A stretch of 64,000 nt of DNA from a virus, in IMG/VR virus record IMGVR_UViG_3300037042_004723, positions 32,001-96,000 of that record; one strand, given 5' to 3'. The notes beneath the pieces were generated by a model. The model saw only the letters and a list, made by a program, of their open reading frames with translations, was not told the DNA's origin and did no database searches. Below, one piece after another: positions 27,792-36,705 of the stretch. Each line of letters opens with the position of its first letter. The stretch's first letter is position 1. The translations under genes were made by a program, and so were the position numbers.

Positions 27792-28170
27792 TCAGAGCGA
27801 AGCGCCGGCCAGATAGGCGGCGATCACGAGCCGATCTGCCTGAGCGCGGAGGATGGCATCGGCCTGATCGTCCTCCTGCGCGAGCTGGCGATACCAGTTC
27901 TCCTCGCGTCGCCAGCTCGCCAGCTCGGCGAAGTAATCGAAATAACGCTCCTCGTCGCTCGTCATGTGGTACTCGTCCCACATGTCAGCGTCCATGATTG
28001 CGCACTCGGCGCAATCACAGCCCCGGAGCGGACAGGCCGTCCAGAACGGGGCCACGTCCAGATCCAGGCCGTTGTCGGCCAGAGTCATCGCCTTGCGTCG
28101 GGCAAGGTTCGCGAGGTGGAGCTTGTGCCCCTGGTAGCGGTGCATCGTGTGGCCGGTGGTGTTCGACATC
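27792..28170 (-). CDS. Hypothetical protein
   Basis: Class II unit; start at MSNTT. Confidence 0.7.
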
Positions 28171-28347
28171 TGAGAACCATCATGGACTATCATCGCCCGA
28201 TTGTCAAGGTATCTTTTGCCATGCAATGCAGATAGTTTGCGCGTACCTGACAATGCATTTACTTTAACCGGAAAACTCCATTAATGGCCTGGTAATGGAG
28301 TTTTCTTGACAGGCCTAGTCGGCGCCGGAGGGCGCCCGGCCCTGAGG

Positions 28348-28923
28348 CTAGATCTTGTCGGCCAGAGCGGCCGTGATCGAGCGGTAGCGGCGCGTCGTGG
28401 TCGCGGGTGACCAGCCCAAGAGGGCGCCGGCCTCGCACTGGCCCATGCCCCCGGCCATCGCATCCAGGAACGTCTGCGAGTCAGCGTCAAGCGCGAGCAT
28501 GGCATCGGCCAGAGCCTTGCGCTCGAAGTAGCGCACCATGTCAGCGGCGCCATCCACGCCCACGAGCGTATCGACGAGCGCGACCTCGGAGTCATCGTCG
28601 CCGAGGTTCGTCTCGGAGTCGTGGTTACGGTTCGCGTGAGCCTTGCGCCAGTTGCGCGCAGCGTTCGCAGCGATGCGGCACGCCCACGAGACGATCGACC
28701 CCTTCGACCAGTCGAACGACTCGGCGTGCTCCATCATGCTCACGAGCGCATCCTGCACAACGTCAGACGTTGCGCTCGTCTCGCCGATGGTACGCTCGAC
28801 GGTGCGCGCCATGGTCTTGAACAGGTCGGGGTTGCCGATCTGGCTCATGACGTCCAAGCGAGTCTCGCTCGACGCGCCCGTGGAAGTGAAACCGTTGTGA
28901 CCGATGTTCGTGTGATTCACCAT
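28348..28923 (-). CDS. ECF-type sigma-70 family factor (paralog 5)
   Basis: SDVVQDALVSMMEHAESFDWSKGSIVSWACRIAANAARNWRK is a typical ECF region 2; QCEAGALLGWSPATTTRR is region 4. Confidence 0.9.
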   Translation of the reverse strand: MVNHTNIGHNGFTSTGASSETRLDVMSQIGNPDLFKTMARTVERTIGETSATSDVVQDALVSMMEHAESFDWSKGSIVSWACRIAANAARNWRKAHANRNHDSETNLGDDDSEVALVDTLVGVDGAADMVRYFERKALADAMLALDADSQTFLDAMAGGMGQCEAGALLGWSPATTTRRYRSITAALADKI

Positions 28924-29169
28924 ACATAGCATGGCTATCTTTACAATGATACATCAATCGACTAACAAATCACTGTCAAGATCTGTGGATCCTGTTAGGA
29001 AAACTCTATGGTGCGAGGCCATATGGAGTTTTCCGCTTAAGCCAGTTGGCCCGGCGGGGCCGGTCGGGCTACTTCTTGAAGGTGGCCGTAGCCAGATCGA
29101 GCGTGATGCACTCGCCGGTCGCCGGATCTACGAAGTAGACCGGGGCCGTGGGGCGCTTGGCCCGCTTCA

Positions 29170-29481
29170 CTAGCGGCCCCTCCGGCCGCGCACGTAGTTG
29201 AGTTCCTCCATGGCGGCATCGGCTCCGACCCCGGCCGCGAACGCCGCGCCGAAAACCTCGGCATCCTCCTCGGCGTAGGACTCGGACGAGCGGACCGTGC
29301 GGCCCGTGGTCAGGCGACCCGAGCGGGCCAGGGGGCGGCCGTCCGGGGCCACCTCGGCGAGCTTGCGCAGGGTCTTGAGGGAGACGGCGTTACCCTCGGA
29401 GGGGGCGCACGTGGTGACCTTCCCGCCCTTCGCGAGGAAGGCGGCGAGGGCGGCGGCGGCGGACTCGGTCTTGTTCAGCAT
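29170..29481 (-). CDS. Hypothetical protein
   Basis: Class II unit. Confidence 0.75.
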   Translation of the reverse strand: MLNKTESAAAALAAFLAKGGKVTTCAPSEGNAVSLKTLRKLAEVAPDGRPLARSGRLTTGRTVRSSESYAEEDAEVFGAAFAAGVGADAAMEELNYVRGRRGR

Positions 29482-29657
29482 TCACCATACATAGCATGGC
29501 TATCTTGACAATGCAACAACTATCTAACAACAATCGACTGTCAAGATCTGTGGATCCTGTTAGTGATAAGCGGAAAACTCGCTTTAGCTTTTAAGCGGGG
29601 CTTAGGCGGAGTTTTCCCGATGCCCCGGTGGCGGGATCCGCCCCCCGACCCGGTCGC

Positions 29658-29930
29658 CTACCGGAAGGCGGCGGGGTGCGGGTAGGTCTGGCGGAACCCG
29701 TACTCGACCTCCCGGAGGTCATCCTCGGCGACCTCGAAGGCCGCAAAGGCCGCGTCCATGGCATCGGACGCCTCACCCTCGCCGTCCGTCCCGTTCGCCT
29801 TGCGCATGGCCTTGCAGGCCGCTTCGAGCGCACGGGCCGCGCCGTCCCGCAGGTCCAGGAAGCGGGCAACCGTGGCCGGGTCGGCCACGAACATCTCAAC
29901 CGCGCGCTGGGCATTCCGTTTGTTCAGCAT
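29658..29930 (-). CDS. Hypothetical coiled-coil protein
   Basis: TTGACT-N17-TAAGGT promoter. Confidence 0.75.
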   Translation of the reverse strand: MLNKRNAQRAVEMFVADPATVARFLDLRDGAARALEAACKAMRKANGTDGEGEASDAMDAAFAAFEVAEDDLREVEYGFRQTYPHPAAFR

Positions 29931-30118
29931 GCCTAACCTTAACCCAGGACTTAAGCTAAGTCAATCACCGAATGCGACGCAATGACGATTTATTTAGGTG
30001 GCCTTTAACAAGAAAACTCCCGCGCAAGCGCTTGCGTTGGAGTTTTCCTGATGTGCTAGCGGCCCCGGCGGGGGCGGGGCGCTTTTCCGGGCTAGCGGCC
30101 CCGGCGGGGGCGAGGGAG

Positions 30119-30532
30119 CTAGCGATCCCAGCGACCGCCGATCCGGGGGCCGTCGTCGCCGGACTGCCACGGGAGCGCGCGGGGCGGGAGCGATGCCGCT
30201 CGGACCCGCTCGGCCTCAATCTCGCGCCACTGGCGCGCCTCGCGCGCTTCGTCCGTCTCGCCCGTGTCCCACCACTCCTTCTCCGGCGGGGCAGCCGCTA
30301 GGGCTGCTGCCTTAGCAGCTTCGCGCGCGTCCCGCTCGGCGGAGAGCCGCACGTCGATCGCGTCCCGCTCGGCGCGGATCGCGGCGAGCTTGCGCTCCTT
30401 GATCGTCATGGGAGGCGCCTCCACAGTGAAGCTCGCCGGAGCCTCCGGCTCCAACGCGAGCGGGGCCACGGGCCCCACGGGGGCCGGGGAGAGGGAAGCG
30501 AGCGCTGCAAAGGACTTGAAGGTCTTGCTCAT
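30119..30532 (-). CDS. Hypothetical Ala/Arg-rich protein
   Basis: Class II promoter. Confidence 0.75.
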   Translation of the reverse strand: MSKTFKSFAALASLSPAPVGPVAPLALEPEAPASFTVEAPPMTIKERKLAAIRAERDAIDVRLSAERDAREAAKAAALAAAPPEKEWWDTGETDEAREARQWREIEAERVRAASLPPRALPWQSGDDGPRIGGRWDR

Positions 30533-30728
30533 GTCAATGAATGTAGCCTATCAAGAGCCCATTGTCAAGGTATCCTTTGCCATGCAATGCAGATAGTTTG
30601 CGCGTACCTGACAATGCATTAACCTGACCGGAAAACTCTATTTAACCATTAAGCATTAGCTTAAAAGGAGTTTTCCTGTCTGGGGTCGGCGTGGCCGACT
30701 AGCGCTAGTCGGCCACGCTGCCGGGGCG

Positions 30729-31055
30729 CTACACCCGGTAGAAGCCCCGGCACCCAACCACGGCCCCACCCTCGTCGCGCACGAGCGCGCCGGGGGTCAG
30801 CAGGTCCGCAGTGGACCGGCCCGCCTCGCGCGCGGCGCTCGCCGCGAGCGCGCTCACGACGAGCCAAACCCCGCTCTGGGGCGCGGGGAGACCGACCGGC
30901 TCCCCGCGCGTGACGCGCGACGTCGGGACGCCACAGACGTCCTCCGTGGTCTCGGTTGTCTCGGTGGCACGGGCGACCCCCTCCGAGGGGAGGGTGCGGG
31001 TGGAGCCGTCCGCGAGGACGACCGCGACGATGTGCGGGGTGAGGTTCTTGAGCAT
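30729..31055 (-). CDS. Hypothetical phage protein (NLTPH...LVRD..G.V.GC.G motif)
   Basis: Class II promoter places the start at MLKNLTPH. Confidence 0.75.
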   Translation of the reverse strand: MLKNLTPHIVAVVLADGSTRTLPSEGVARATETTETTEDVCGVPTSRVTRGEPVGLPAPQSGVWLVVSALAASAAREAGRSTADLLTPGALVRDEGGAVVGCRGFYRV

Positions 31056-31221
31056 GATAAGACCATAGCAGTTCATCACTGCATTGTCAATGTATATTTT
31101 GCCATGCAATGGGGAATATTTAACCGACCTTGACAACTGCCTTAGTGCAACGAGAAAACTCCCTTTAACAGGCCATTAATAGAGTTTTCCGCTTGGCCGG
31201 TTAGCCCGGCGGGCCGGTCGG

Positions 31222-31632
31222 CTACTCGTAGCGGACGGTGAGGCTCGCCGCGTAGGGAGCGGGCGAGAATACGAGGGTGAGCGCGGTAACGTCGCACGTG
31301 GGGACGTCGCGGGGGATCTTGGCGAGCAGTAGCTCGGCAACGTGGCGTGCGAGTCTCTCGCACGAGAGCGCGGTGCCACGCTCGGCGATCCGGTCCATGT
31401 ACAGGCCCACCATGGCCTGGTCGAACAGGAAGCCCCGGTCGTCCAGGCGCGGCGCGCACGTCACGGTCAGGTCCCACCGGACCGGGATCGCCTTGCGGCC
31501 CCCGTCGACGTTCACAAGGGCCCCAGCGGGGCCACAGTGGTTCGGGCCCGAGACAACGAAATTCGAGATCCCCGCGCGCTGCAGCGTGAAGCTGGCGAGC
31601 TTGAGCGCGGGGCGGGCGGTGTGATTCAGCAT
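31222..31632 (-). CDS. Possible T-fold (QueD-like) protein
   Basis: LDDRGFLFD and SCERLA resemble QueD motifs, but the metal-binding His residues are absent. Confidence 0.45.
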   Translation of the reverse strand: MLNHTARPALKLASFTLQRAGISNFVVSGPNHCGPAGALVNVDGGRKAIPVRWDLTVTCAPRLDDRGFLFDQAMVGLYMDRIAERGTALSCERLARHVAELLLAKIPRDVPTCDVTALTLVFSPAPYAASLTVRYE

Positions 31633-31821
31633 TCATCAGTGATAGCACAGCTACCTTGACAATGATACAACAATCGAACAACAATCGACTGTCAAGGTAA
31701 GGCAATCCTGTCAGGAAAACTCTATGGTGCAAGGCCCTTAATGGAGTTTTCCGGTTAGGCCAGTGGCCCGGCGGGGCCGGGGGCTAGCGGTTGGCCGGTC
31801 GGGCCGCTTACCCGGCGGGGG

Positions 31822-32082
31822 CTAGCGGTCCCAGCGACCCGCGATTCTGGGGCCGTGACCCTCGTCGGGAGCGGTCGCGCGGGCCCGTGCGGCGCGTACC
31901 TTTTCCTCTTCGACGGCGAGCCGCGCCGCCGTCTCCTCCGCCGACTCGGCGGCCCTTGCCGCCTCCCAGGCAGCGCGCCCCGCGCGATACATCTCCCTGA
32001 TCTCCCGCGCTTCTGCGCGGAGGCGCTCGTTGCGCGAGAGGGTGGCGGTCGCGGGGGGGGTGGTCGCGGTGTTCTTGAGCAT
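31822..32082 (-). CDS. Hypothetical Ala/Arg-rich protein
   Basis: Class II unit. Confidence 0.75.
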   Translation of the reverse strand: MLKNTATTPPATATLSRNERLRAEAREIREMYRAGRAAWEAARAAESAEETAARLAVEEEKVRAARARATAPDEGHGPRIAGRWDR

Positions 32083-32277
32083 TCATCAGTTGTAGCCTAT
32101 CGAGAGCCCATTGTCAAGGTATCCTTTTCCATGCAATGCAGATAGTTTGCACGGTCTTTGACAATGCATTTGACAGACCGGAAAACTCTGTTTAGTCATT
32201 AAGCATTAGCTTAAGTGGAGTTTTCCTGACCACCTTTGGCAAAAAAGGCGCCCCGGTGAGGGGGCGCACTCCTTTCT

Positions 32278-32808
32278 TCAGGCTGCCATCGCAGCGGTGA
32301 TCGTGGCGATCGATCGCTGTTTGGCACGAGTGACGCCAGCGTTTGACGTACGGCAGGCGATGGCTACGACCTTCGCCGGGGTACCGGCGAGCAGCATCTC
32401 AAGCACGCGACGGTCGGACGCTTCGATAGACGCCATGGCAAGGGCCAGGCGCGCTTCATCGGCGCCGGACTTGCTCGGCATAGGGGCCGCAACGCTCTCG
32501 ACGTTGCGAGCGTAGGACGTGAACCGTGGGGCTTCGAAACCGGTCTTGATCACGTTGATCGTGCAACGGGTCACGACCTTCCGGATGAAGCGGGCAAGGC
32601 CCGTCATGCCCGAGCGGTTAAAGTCCCGCAGGGCCACGATGAGGCGGATCGTAGCGGTCGAGATCAGATCATCGATCATGCCCCACACCCGGGTGTCGCT
32701 GTCCTCGATCACTCCCATCACGGCAAGCTCGATCAGGTTCGCGTGCTCCACGACAACGGTGTTGATCTCAGAGGCGGTTAGCTTGGGTTGGTTCGTCATC
32801 TGTTCCAA
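32278..32808 (-). CDS. Divergent ECF-type sigma-70 family factor (paralog 6)
   Basis: DDLISTATIRL..LRDFNRSG..LARF..VVTRCTIN..K; C-terminal HTH PAKVVAIACRTSNAGVTRAKQR. Confidence 0.65.
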   Translation of the reverse strand: MEQMTNQPKLTASEINTVVVEHANLIELAVMGVIEDSDTRVWGMIDDLISTATIRLIVALRDFNRSGMTGLARFIRKVVTRCTINVIKTGFEAPRFTSYARNVESVAAPMPSKSGADEARLALAMASIEASDRRVLEMLLAGTPAKVVAIACRTSNAGVTRAKQRSIATITAAMAA

Positions 32809-33500
32809 CCACCCTACACCCGTTGGCCGTGCATTGTCAAGGTATCATTGCCATGCAATGCAGTGCAGATCCCTGGCGAATGACGCTTGACAATCGCACT
32901 GATACATGGTATCGTGGTCTGTTACGTCTAGATGCGTCACACGTCGATCAAGCTGCGAAGCATACCACGTATTCGATGAATTGTCAATCACGCAATGCAT
33001 CGAAGTTTCAGCGAAAGCGCCGGATAGCACCACGACCGAGCACGCATTGTCAAGCACAATCGACATGGAGATCTTGGCACAATCCTTGACAATGCACTGG
33101 TCAGACCGGAAAGCTCTATTTAACCATATGCACTGTGGCCATAAGGAGTTTTCTTGACCCCTTGGGCAAGTGATTACAATGGCTTGGGCTGTCAGAACAA
33201 AAGCTCTCCGCGCCCTAGGCTTTTATAACCCTATAGAGCGTGCCGACCCATTTCCATATTCGTCCTATGAAAACAGCCAATATGGGTTATGAAGTGCATT
33301 GTCAATTGAACAATGCTGTCGGGACGCGCACTTGCGCATCTGTCCACTTGCGTTGATGTCCATCTCGTGGAACGCAAGTGGTATTGAGGGGTCCTGAGGT
33401 TGAGATCCACTTGCCGAGGTCATTGGGGGCCAATAGGTAAATCGAAAATTTGGGAGGTATTTTTTCACCTCCGGATTGACAGTTCTGATAATAGGTAACA

Positions 33501-34469
33501 ATGCACTGGTACGGACGTGAGCTGATCACCGAGGACGATCTATGTACAGCCGTTCACTCGATTCGCATTTTCCCGGAGGCTGAGCGATTCACGGCGGCTT
33601 GCCTGGAATCAGGCATCGACCTGCAGGCCATTCTCAAGCGGATATCCTCCTATTCAGGGCGCATGGAGATGCACAGGATCAGCGGACTCTTTGGGCCGTC
33701 CTTCCATTTGCGAGACCTCCTTATCGAGACCATTGGGCCGAAACAAATCACCCTCGTAGGTCGGCGCTATGGGGCGCTCAAGGTTGAACATGCCGTCCTG
33801 AACGCAGAGGGGCGTAGCGCATACGCCTGTCTATGTGACTGCGGTGAGCGGCCTGTCTTCACAGGCGACCATCTCAGATTCAAAAAGAGCTGCGGCCACC
33901 ACATACTCACAAACGGCAAGGGGCGCTCGAAAGACTCGAATCGGTACACGATGGTTTCCTGGAAAGGCCTATGGGACCGCACCACGAACCCGAATTCACA
34001 ACACTGGAAACACTACGGAGGCAGGGGAATCCGGGTATGCGAGCGTTGGCGCCGATTTGAAAATTTTTTCGCTGACATGGGTCCTAGGCCTCCGGGCACG
34101 TCTATTGATCGCTTTCCGGACAACGATGGGAATTACGAACCTGGGAATTGCCGGTGGGCCACGCCCAGGCAGCAGGCAAACAACAAGCGTTGGAATGGTC
34201 GACCCAAGGGATTCAAGGCTGCCAAGCCGTACAAGCTCAGCACCCATTGCAAGAACGGTCATGAGTTCATCGAAGGCTCGTTCAAGACCGTATTCAACAG
34301 GCAGAAAGGGAAGGAGCAGCGACAATGTATTGCTTGCGTTGAAGGCAGGAAGCCAAGGAACGCAATCAAAGCGAAAGCCTACAAGCTTCTCAACATGGAG
34401 AAACGCCGGGCATGGCAACGCGAATACGATCGCAAGCGGCGGCATAAGTCACCGCAACCACAGACTTGA
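33501..34469 (+). CDS. HNH-type phage endonuclease with Zn-binding motifs
   Basis: [48 protein letters not shown]. Confidence 0.8.
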   Translation: MHWYGRELITEDDLCTAVHSIRIFPEAERFTAACLESGIDLQAILKRISSYSGRMEMHRISGLFGPSFHLRDLLIETIGPKQITLVGRRYGALKVEHAVLNAEGRSAYACLCDCGERPVFTGDHLRFKKSCGHHILTNGKGRSKDSNRYTMVSWKGLWDRTTNPNSQHWKHYGGRGIRVCERWRRFENFFADMGPRPPGTSIDRFPDNDGNYEPGNCRWATPRQQANNKRWNGRPKGFKAAKPYKLSTHCKNGHEFIEGSFKTVFNRQKGKEQRQCIACVEGRKPRNAIKAKAYKLLNMEKRRAWQREYDRKRRHKSPQPQT

Positions 34470-34500
34470 CAATGGCGGTCTTTACCGGGAAGTTGGGCCC

Positions 34501-34707
34501 ATGTCGCAAGTACTGTTCTCGGTGATTGGCGGGTCCCTGGTGAACCTGGCGAAGGTGAACTCCATCGAGAATTCGACCTTGGACAAGGGGAAGGTCATCG
34601 TCTCCTTCGAGTGCGGCCAGAAGCTGGTGTTGGATGGAACCGTGGAGACGGTCATCCTGAAGATTGGCGGCTCCAGGGATGACTTGAGCGAGAAGAAGAG
34701 GGCCTAG
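34501..34707 (+). CDS. Hypothetical protein
   Basis: Start at MSQVL within track ORF 33835..34707. Confidence 0.65.
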   Translation: MSQVLFSVIGGSLVNLAKVNSIENSTLDKGKVIVSFECGQKLVLDGTVETVILKIGGSRDDLSEKKRA

Positions 34708-34754
34708 CGGTAGCGTCCTCTCCTCGTTCTTTCTGCCCGTAACCGATTACCTGT

Positions 34755-35156
34755 ATGGGGGCGGCCTTGATGCCTCCCCCTATCGGGAGCGCCGAATTCG
34801 AAAGCCGTCTAGACAATCAGCGGTATAGGCGATACGGGTTAGGCATGGACGAGCCCGTGTTGGTCAATAAATTGGCGTTGGAGGTCACGCCGTATGAGCA
34901 TGGCATCTGGTGCGCGATTGCGGACGGGCGGCCGTTCGTGAACACCATCGTCCTGCGGCGGTGGTCGGAGAACGGGGAGAAGATCCACTTCATGCTCGAT
35001 ACGCACAATTTCTTGATCATGGCGCCCGACGAGGAGATGGAGGTCGTCGAGAAGCCGGAGCCCTTCTACACCGCAGCCTTTCAGGCCGAACGCCTGGTAA
35101 AGGATGCCGAGAAGATGAGGACCCGGCCTGGAGGTGACCGATGGAGGGCGCCATGA
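34755..35156 (+). CDS. Hypothetical protein
   Basis: ORF track, operon context. Confidence 0.6.
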   Translation: MGAALMPPPIGSAEFESRLDNQRYRRYGLGMDEPVLVNKLALEVTPYEHGIWCAIADGRPFVNTIVLRRWSENGEKIHFMLDTHNFLIMAPDEEMEVVEKPEPFYTAAFQAERLVKDAEKMRTRPGGDRWRAP

Positions 35157-35368
35157 TCACAAATGGAGCCTACGCCAAGCACCGACGTGATGCGCTCGCC
35201 GCCGAGGGCAACTGCATCAACGGCGGGCACCACCCGAAGCCGGCGCGAGGCACCAAGTGCGACTGGTGCCGGGTCGTCCACAGGATAGGCGTCAAGCAGG
35301 CCTTGGCGATGGCATCGGCGTCGCTGCTGGCGCCTCAGCCGCCTATCAGCAAGAGGATTTACCGATGA
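35141..35368 (+). CDS. Small Cys/His-containing protein
   Basis: ORF track; GGAGG upstream. Confidence 0.55.
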   Translation: MEGAMITNGAYAKHRRDALAAEGNCINGGHHPKPARGTKCDWCRVVHRIGVKQALAMASASLLAPQPPISKRIYR

Positions 35369-35870
35369 ACGAGAGCAGTTTCGTGACCTGATGGAGCGCC
35401 TCCGCGATGGGCGGAAGGTGGGCTACGAGCAGCCGTTGCTGGCTTCGCTGGCAGCGTGCGTGGCTTGAGCGGTTCCGATCAATAAAGGCGCAGGCTGTCA
35501 TGAACAAGACCTAGCCTACGTCGTCGCTTGGAGGCATCGCCGCCCCACATGTCAGGCTCAGCGGCTATCGTGCGCCTCATGTGGAGATCTCCGGTGACCG
35601 GCGTCAGGGCCTTGGAGTATAAGAACGGGCGATGATTAAAAACACGTGCCGGTGGTGCAAGTCCGCAGACTGCACCCCAGCTACGTCGCCGCATTGCTAT
35701 TGCCTGGATTGCGAGACGCCGCTGGAACCATGCCGGTGTCGTCCCGATTGTACGGGCTGCCGTCGCTGACAATCGGATTGCCACTGACTAATGAAAAATT
35801 GTCCACACCGTAGTCAGAGGTGGTCAAAAGTGAAAAATTTGCGGTTGACCAGAGAAAAGACACCTCGAAA

Positions 35871-36317
35871 ATGAACCGACAGGACGAACGCGAATGGGTG
35901 GAGTTGAGCGTGGACGACGACGATGACGGTGACATGGACGCCGACGAGAACTTGGCGACGGAGATGCATCGTTACGTTCAGTTTCGGCTGAATAGCATGA
36001 TCCGGACCCCCGGCTCCTACGGCAAGACCAGGGAGGCGGTGATTCTGCAGTTGATGCTCATCGTCGAATTTGCGTTGCTCACGCATCCTCTCCATGAGGA
36101 CGAGCCGGATGCGTCCTTCGAGGAGTTGTTGGCGATGTTTCCTGATGCCAAGGTGAAACCGCAGCGCGTGCCTGCGCACGACTGGATTCGGGCGTGTGCT
36201 TCGGCGACGGGCGCGTACATCTCCATGAAGGTGCTGGCGGCGCAATTGGCGCATCGGGCGTCGTGTCCGCACTGCGGGCCGGAGTCCGAGGGTGAGGCCG
36301 AGAGCCTGAAGAACTAG
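35871..36317 (+). CDS. Acidic hypothetical protein
   Basis: Start at MNRQD; CPHC near the C-terminus. Confidence 0.65.
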   Translation: MNRQDEREWVELSVDDDDDGDMDADENLATEMHRYVQFRLNSMIRTPGSYGKTREAVILQLMLIVEFALLTHPLHEDEPDASFEELLAMFPDAKVKPQRVPAHDWIRACASATGAYISMKVLAAQLAHRASCPHCGPESEGEAESLKN

Positions 36318-36355
36318 GGGTCAGTTGCGCTGGCATCTATTGGGATGATAGTTGG

Positions 36356-36691
36356 GTGATGATCGAGCTGTACGGGACGGTCTGGACCGAGACCATGCTC
36401 CAAAACCTGATCGAGGATGTTGCCCGGCAGCGGACTCATCTCGACGACCTGCGCCTGAGGGTTACGCAGCAGGCAGCGGAGGTCGTGCGAATCAAGATCG
36501 AACTATCCGGCCGCAACGAGCGGGTCAAGCAGCTTACGGCCGAGACCCAGGCCCTCAGGCAATTGTCGGCCATCGATCGCAAGCGGGCCCAGGAAGCCGT
36601 CAGCAGCGAGCGGTCGTGGCATGGTCAGGCTGTGCAGTTTCGCTACGAACTGGAGGCGCTGAAAGAATCTCTGAAAAAATCAGCGCCCTGA
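36356..36691 (+). CDS. Coiled-coil hypothetical protein
   Basis: ORF track. Confidence 0.65.
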   Translation: MMIELYGTVWTETMLQNLIEDVARQRTHLDDLRLRVTQQAAEVVRIKIELSGRNERVKQLTAETQALRQLSAIDRKRAQEAVSSERSWHGQAVQFRYELEALKESLKKSAP

Positions 36692-36705
36692 GTTGTAGTA
36701 AGGGC

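Larger units (their letters stand above)
9737..32850 (-). promoter_or_regulatory. Class II sigma70-like promoters (TTGACA/TTGACT/TTGCAT-N17-TAnnnT or TACAAC-N5-7-ATG), about 15-20 copies
   Basis: Examples: TTGACA-N17-TATGGT-N6-ATG before 31055; TTGACA-N17-TACATT-N7-ATG before 30532; TTGACA-N17-TAAGGT-N6-ATG before 24278 and 24641; TTGACA-N17-TACTGT-N6-ATG before 23315; TTGACA-N17-TATGAT-N7-ATG before 9736; TTGACT-N17-TACAAC-N6-ATG before 21159, 26588, 27089, 27613. Confidence 0.85.
14735..33153. repeat. Extended inverted repeat GAAAACTC-N11-32-GAGTTTTC, 22 intergenic copies
   Basis: 14735-14768, 17714-17740, 21258-21289, 22399-22434, 22796-22831, 23396-23440, 23914-23949, 24348-24384, 24777-24811, 25935-25982, 26687-26732, 27188-27232, 27712-27756, 28271-28305, 28999-29033, 29573-29616, 30012-30047, 30631-30675, 31154-31189, 31715-31751, 32181-32225, 33109-33153 (degenerate). 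Confidence 0.93.

Noticed and set aside
5083-32145. Many Arg/Pro/Gly-rich overlapping ORFs in the track (e.g. 5317..5652, 21265..22026, 25959..26651, 31142..31732)
   Set aside because: Antisense or alternate-frame shadows typical of high-GC DNA; they lack the promoter/start signature that marks the real genes
1656-33153. The palindrome series as a CRISPR array
   Set aside because: The repeats are separated by hundreds of bases containing whole genes, not 25-45 nt spacers, and no cas genes are visible
33160-33500. Genome terminus or packaging site at the array boundary
   Set aside because: The region is AT-richer and marks the architectural switch, but no diagnostic sequence is visible; read-coverage data would be needed
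33835-34707. Track ORF of 290 aa
   Set aside because: Overlaps the HNH gene out of frame; only the part from 34501 looks coding
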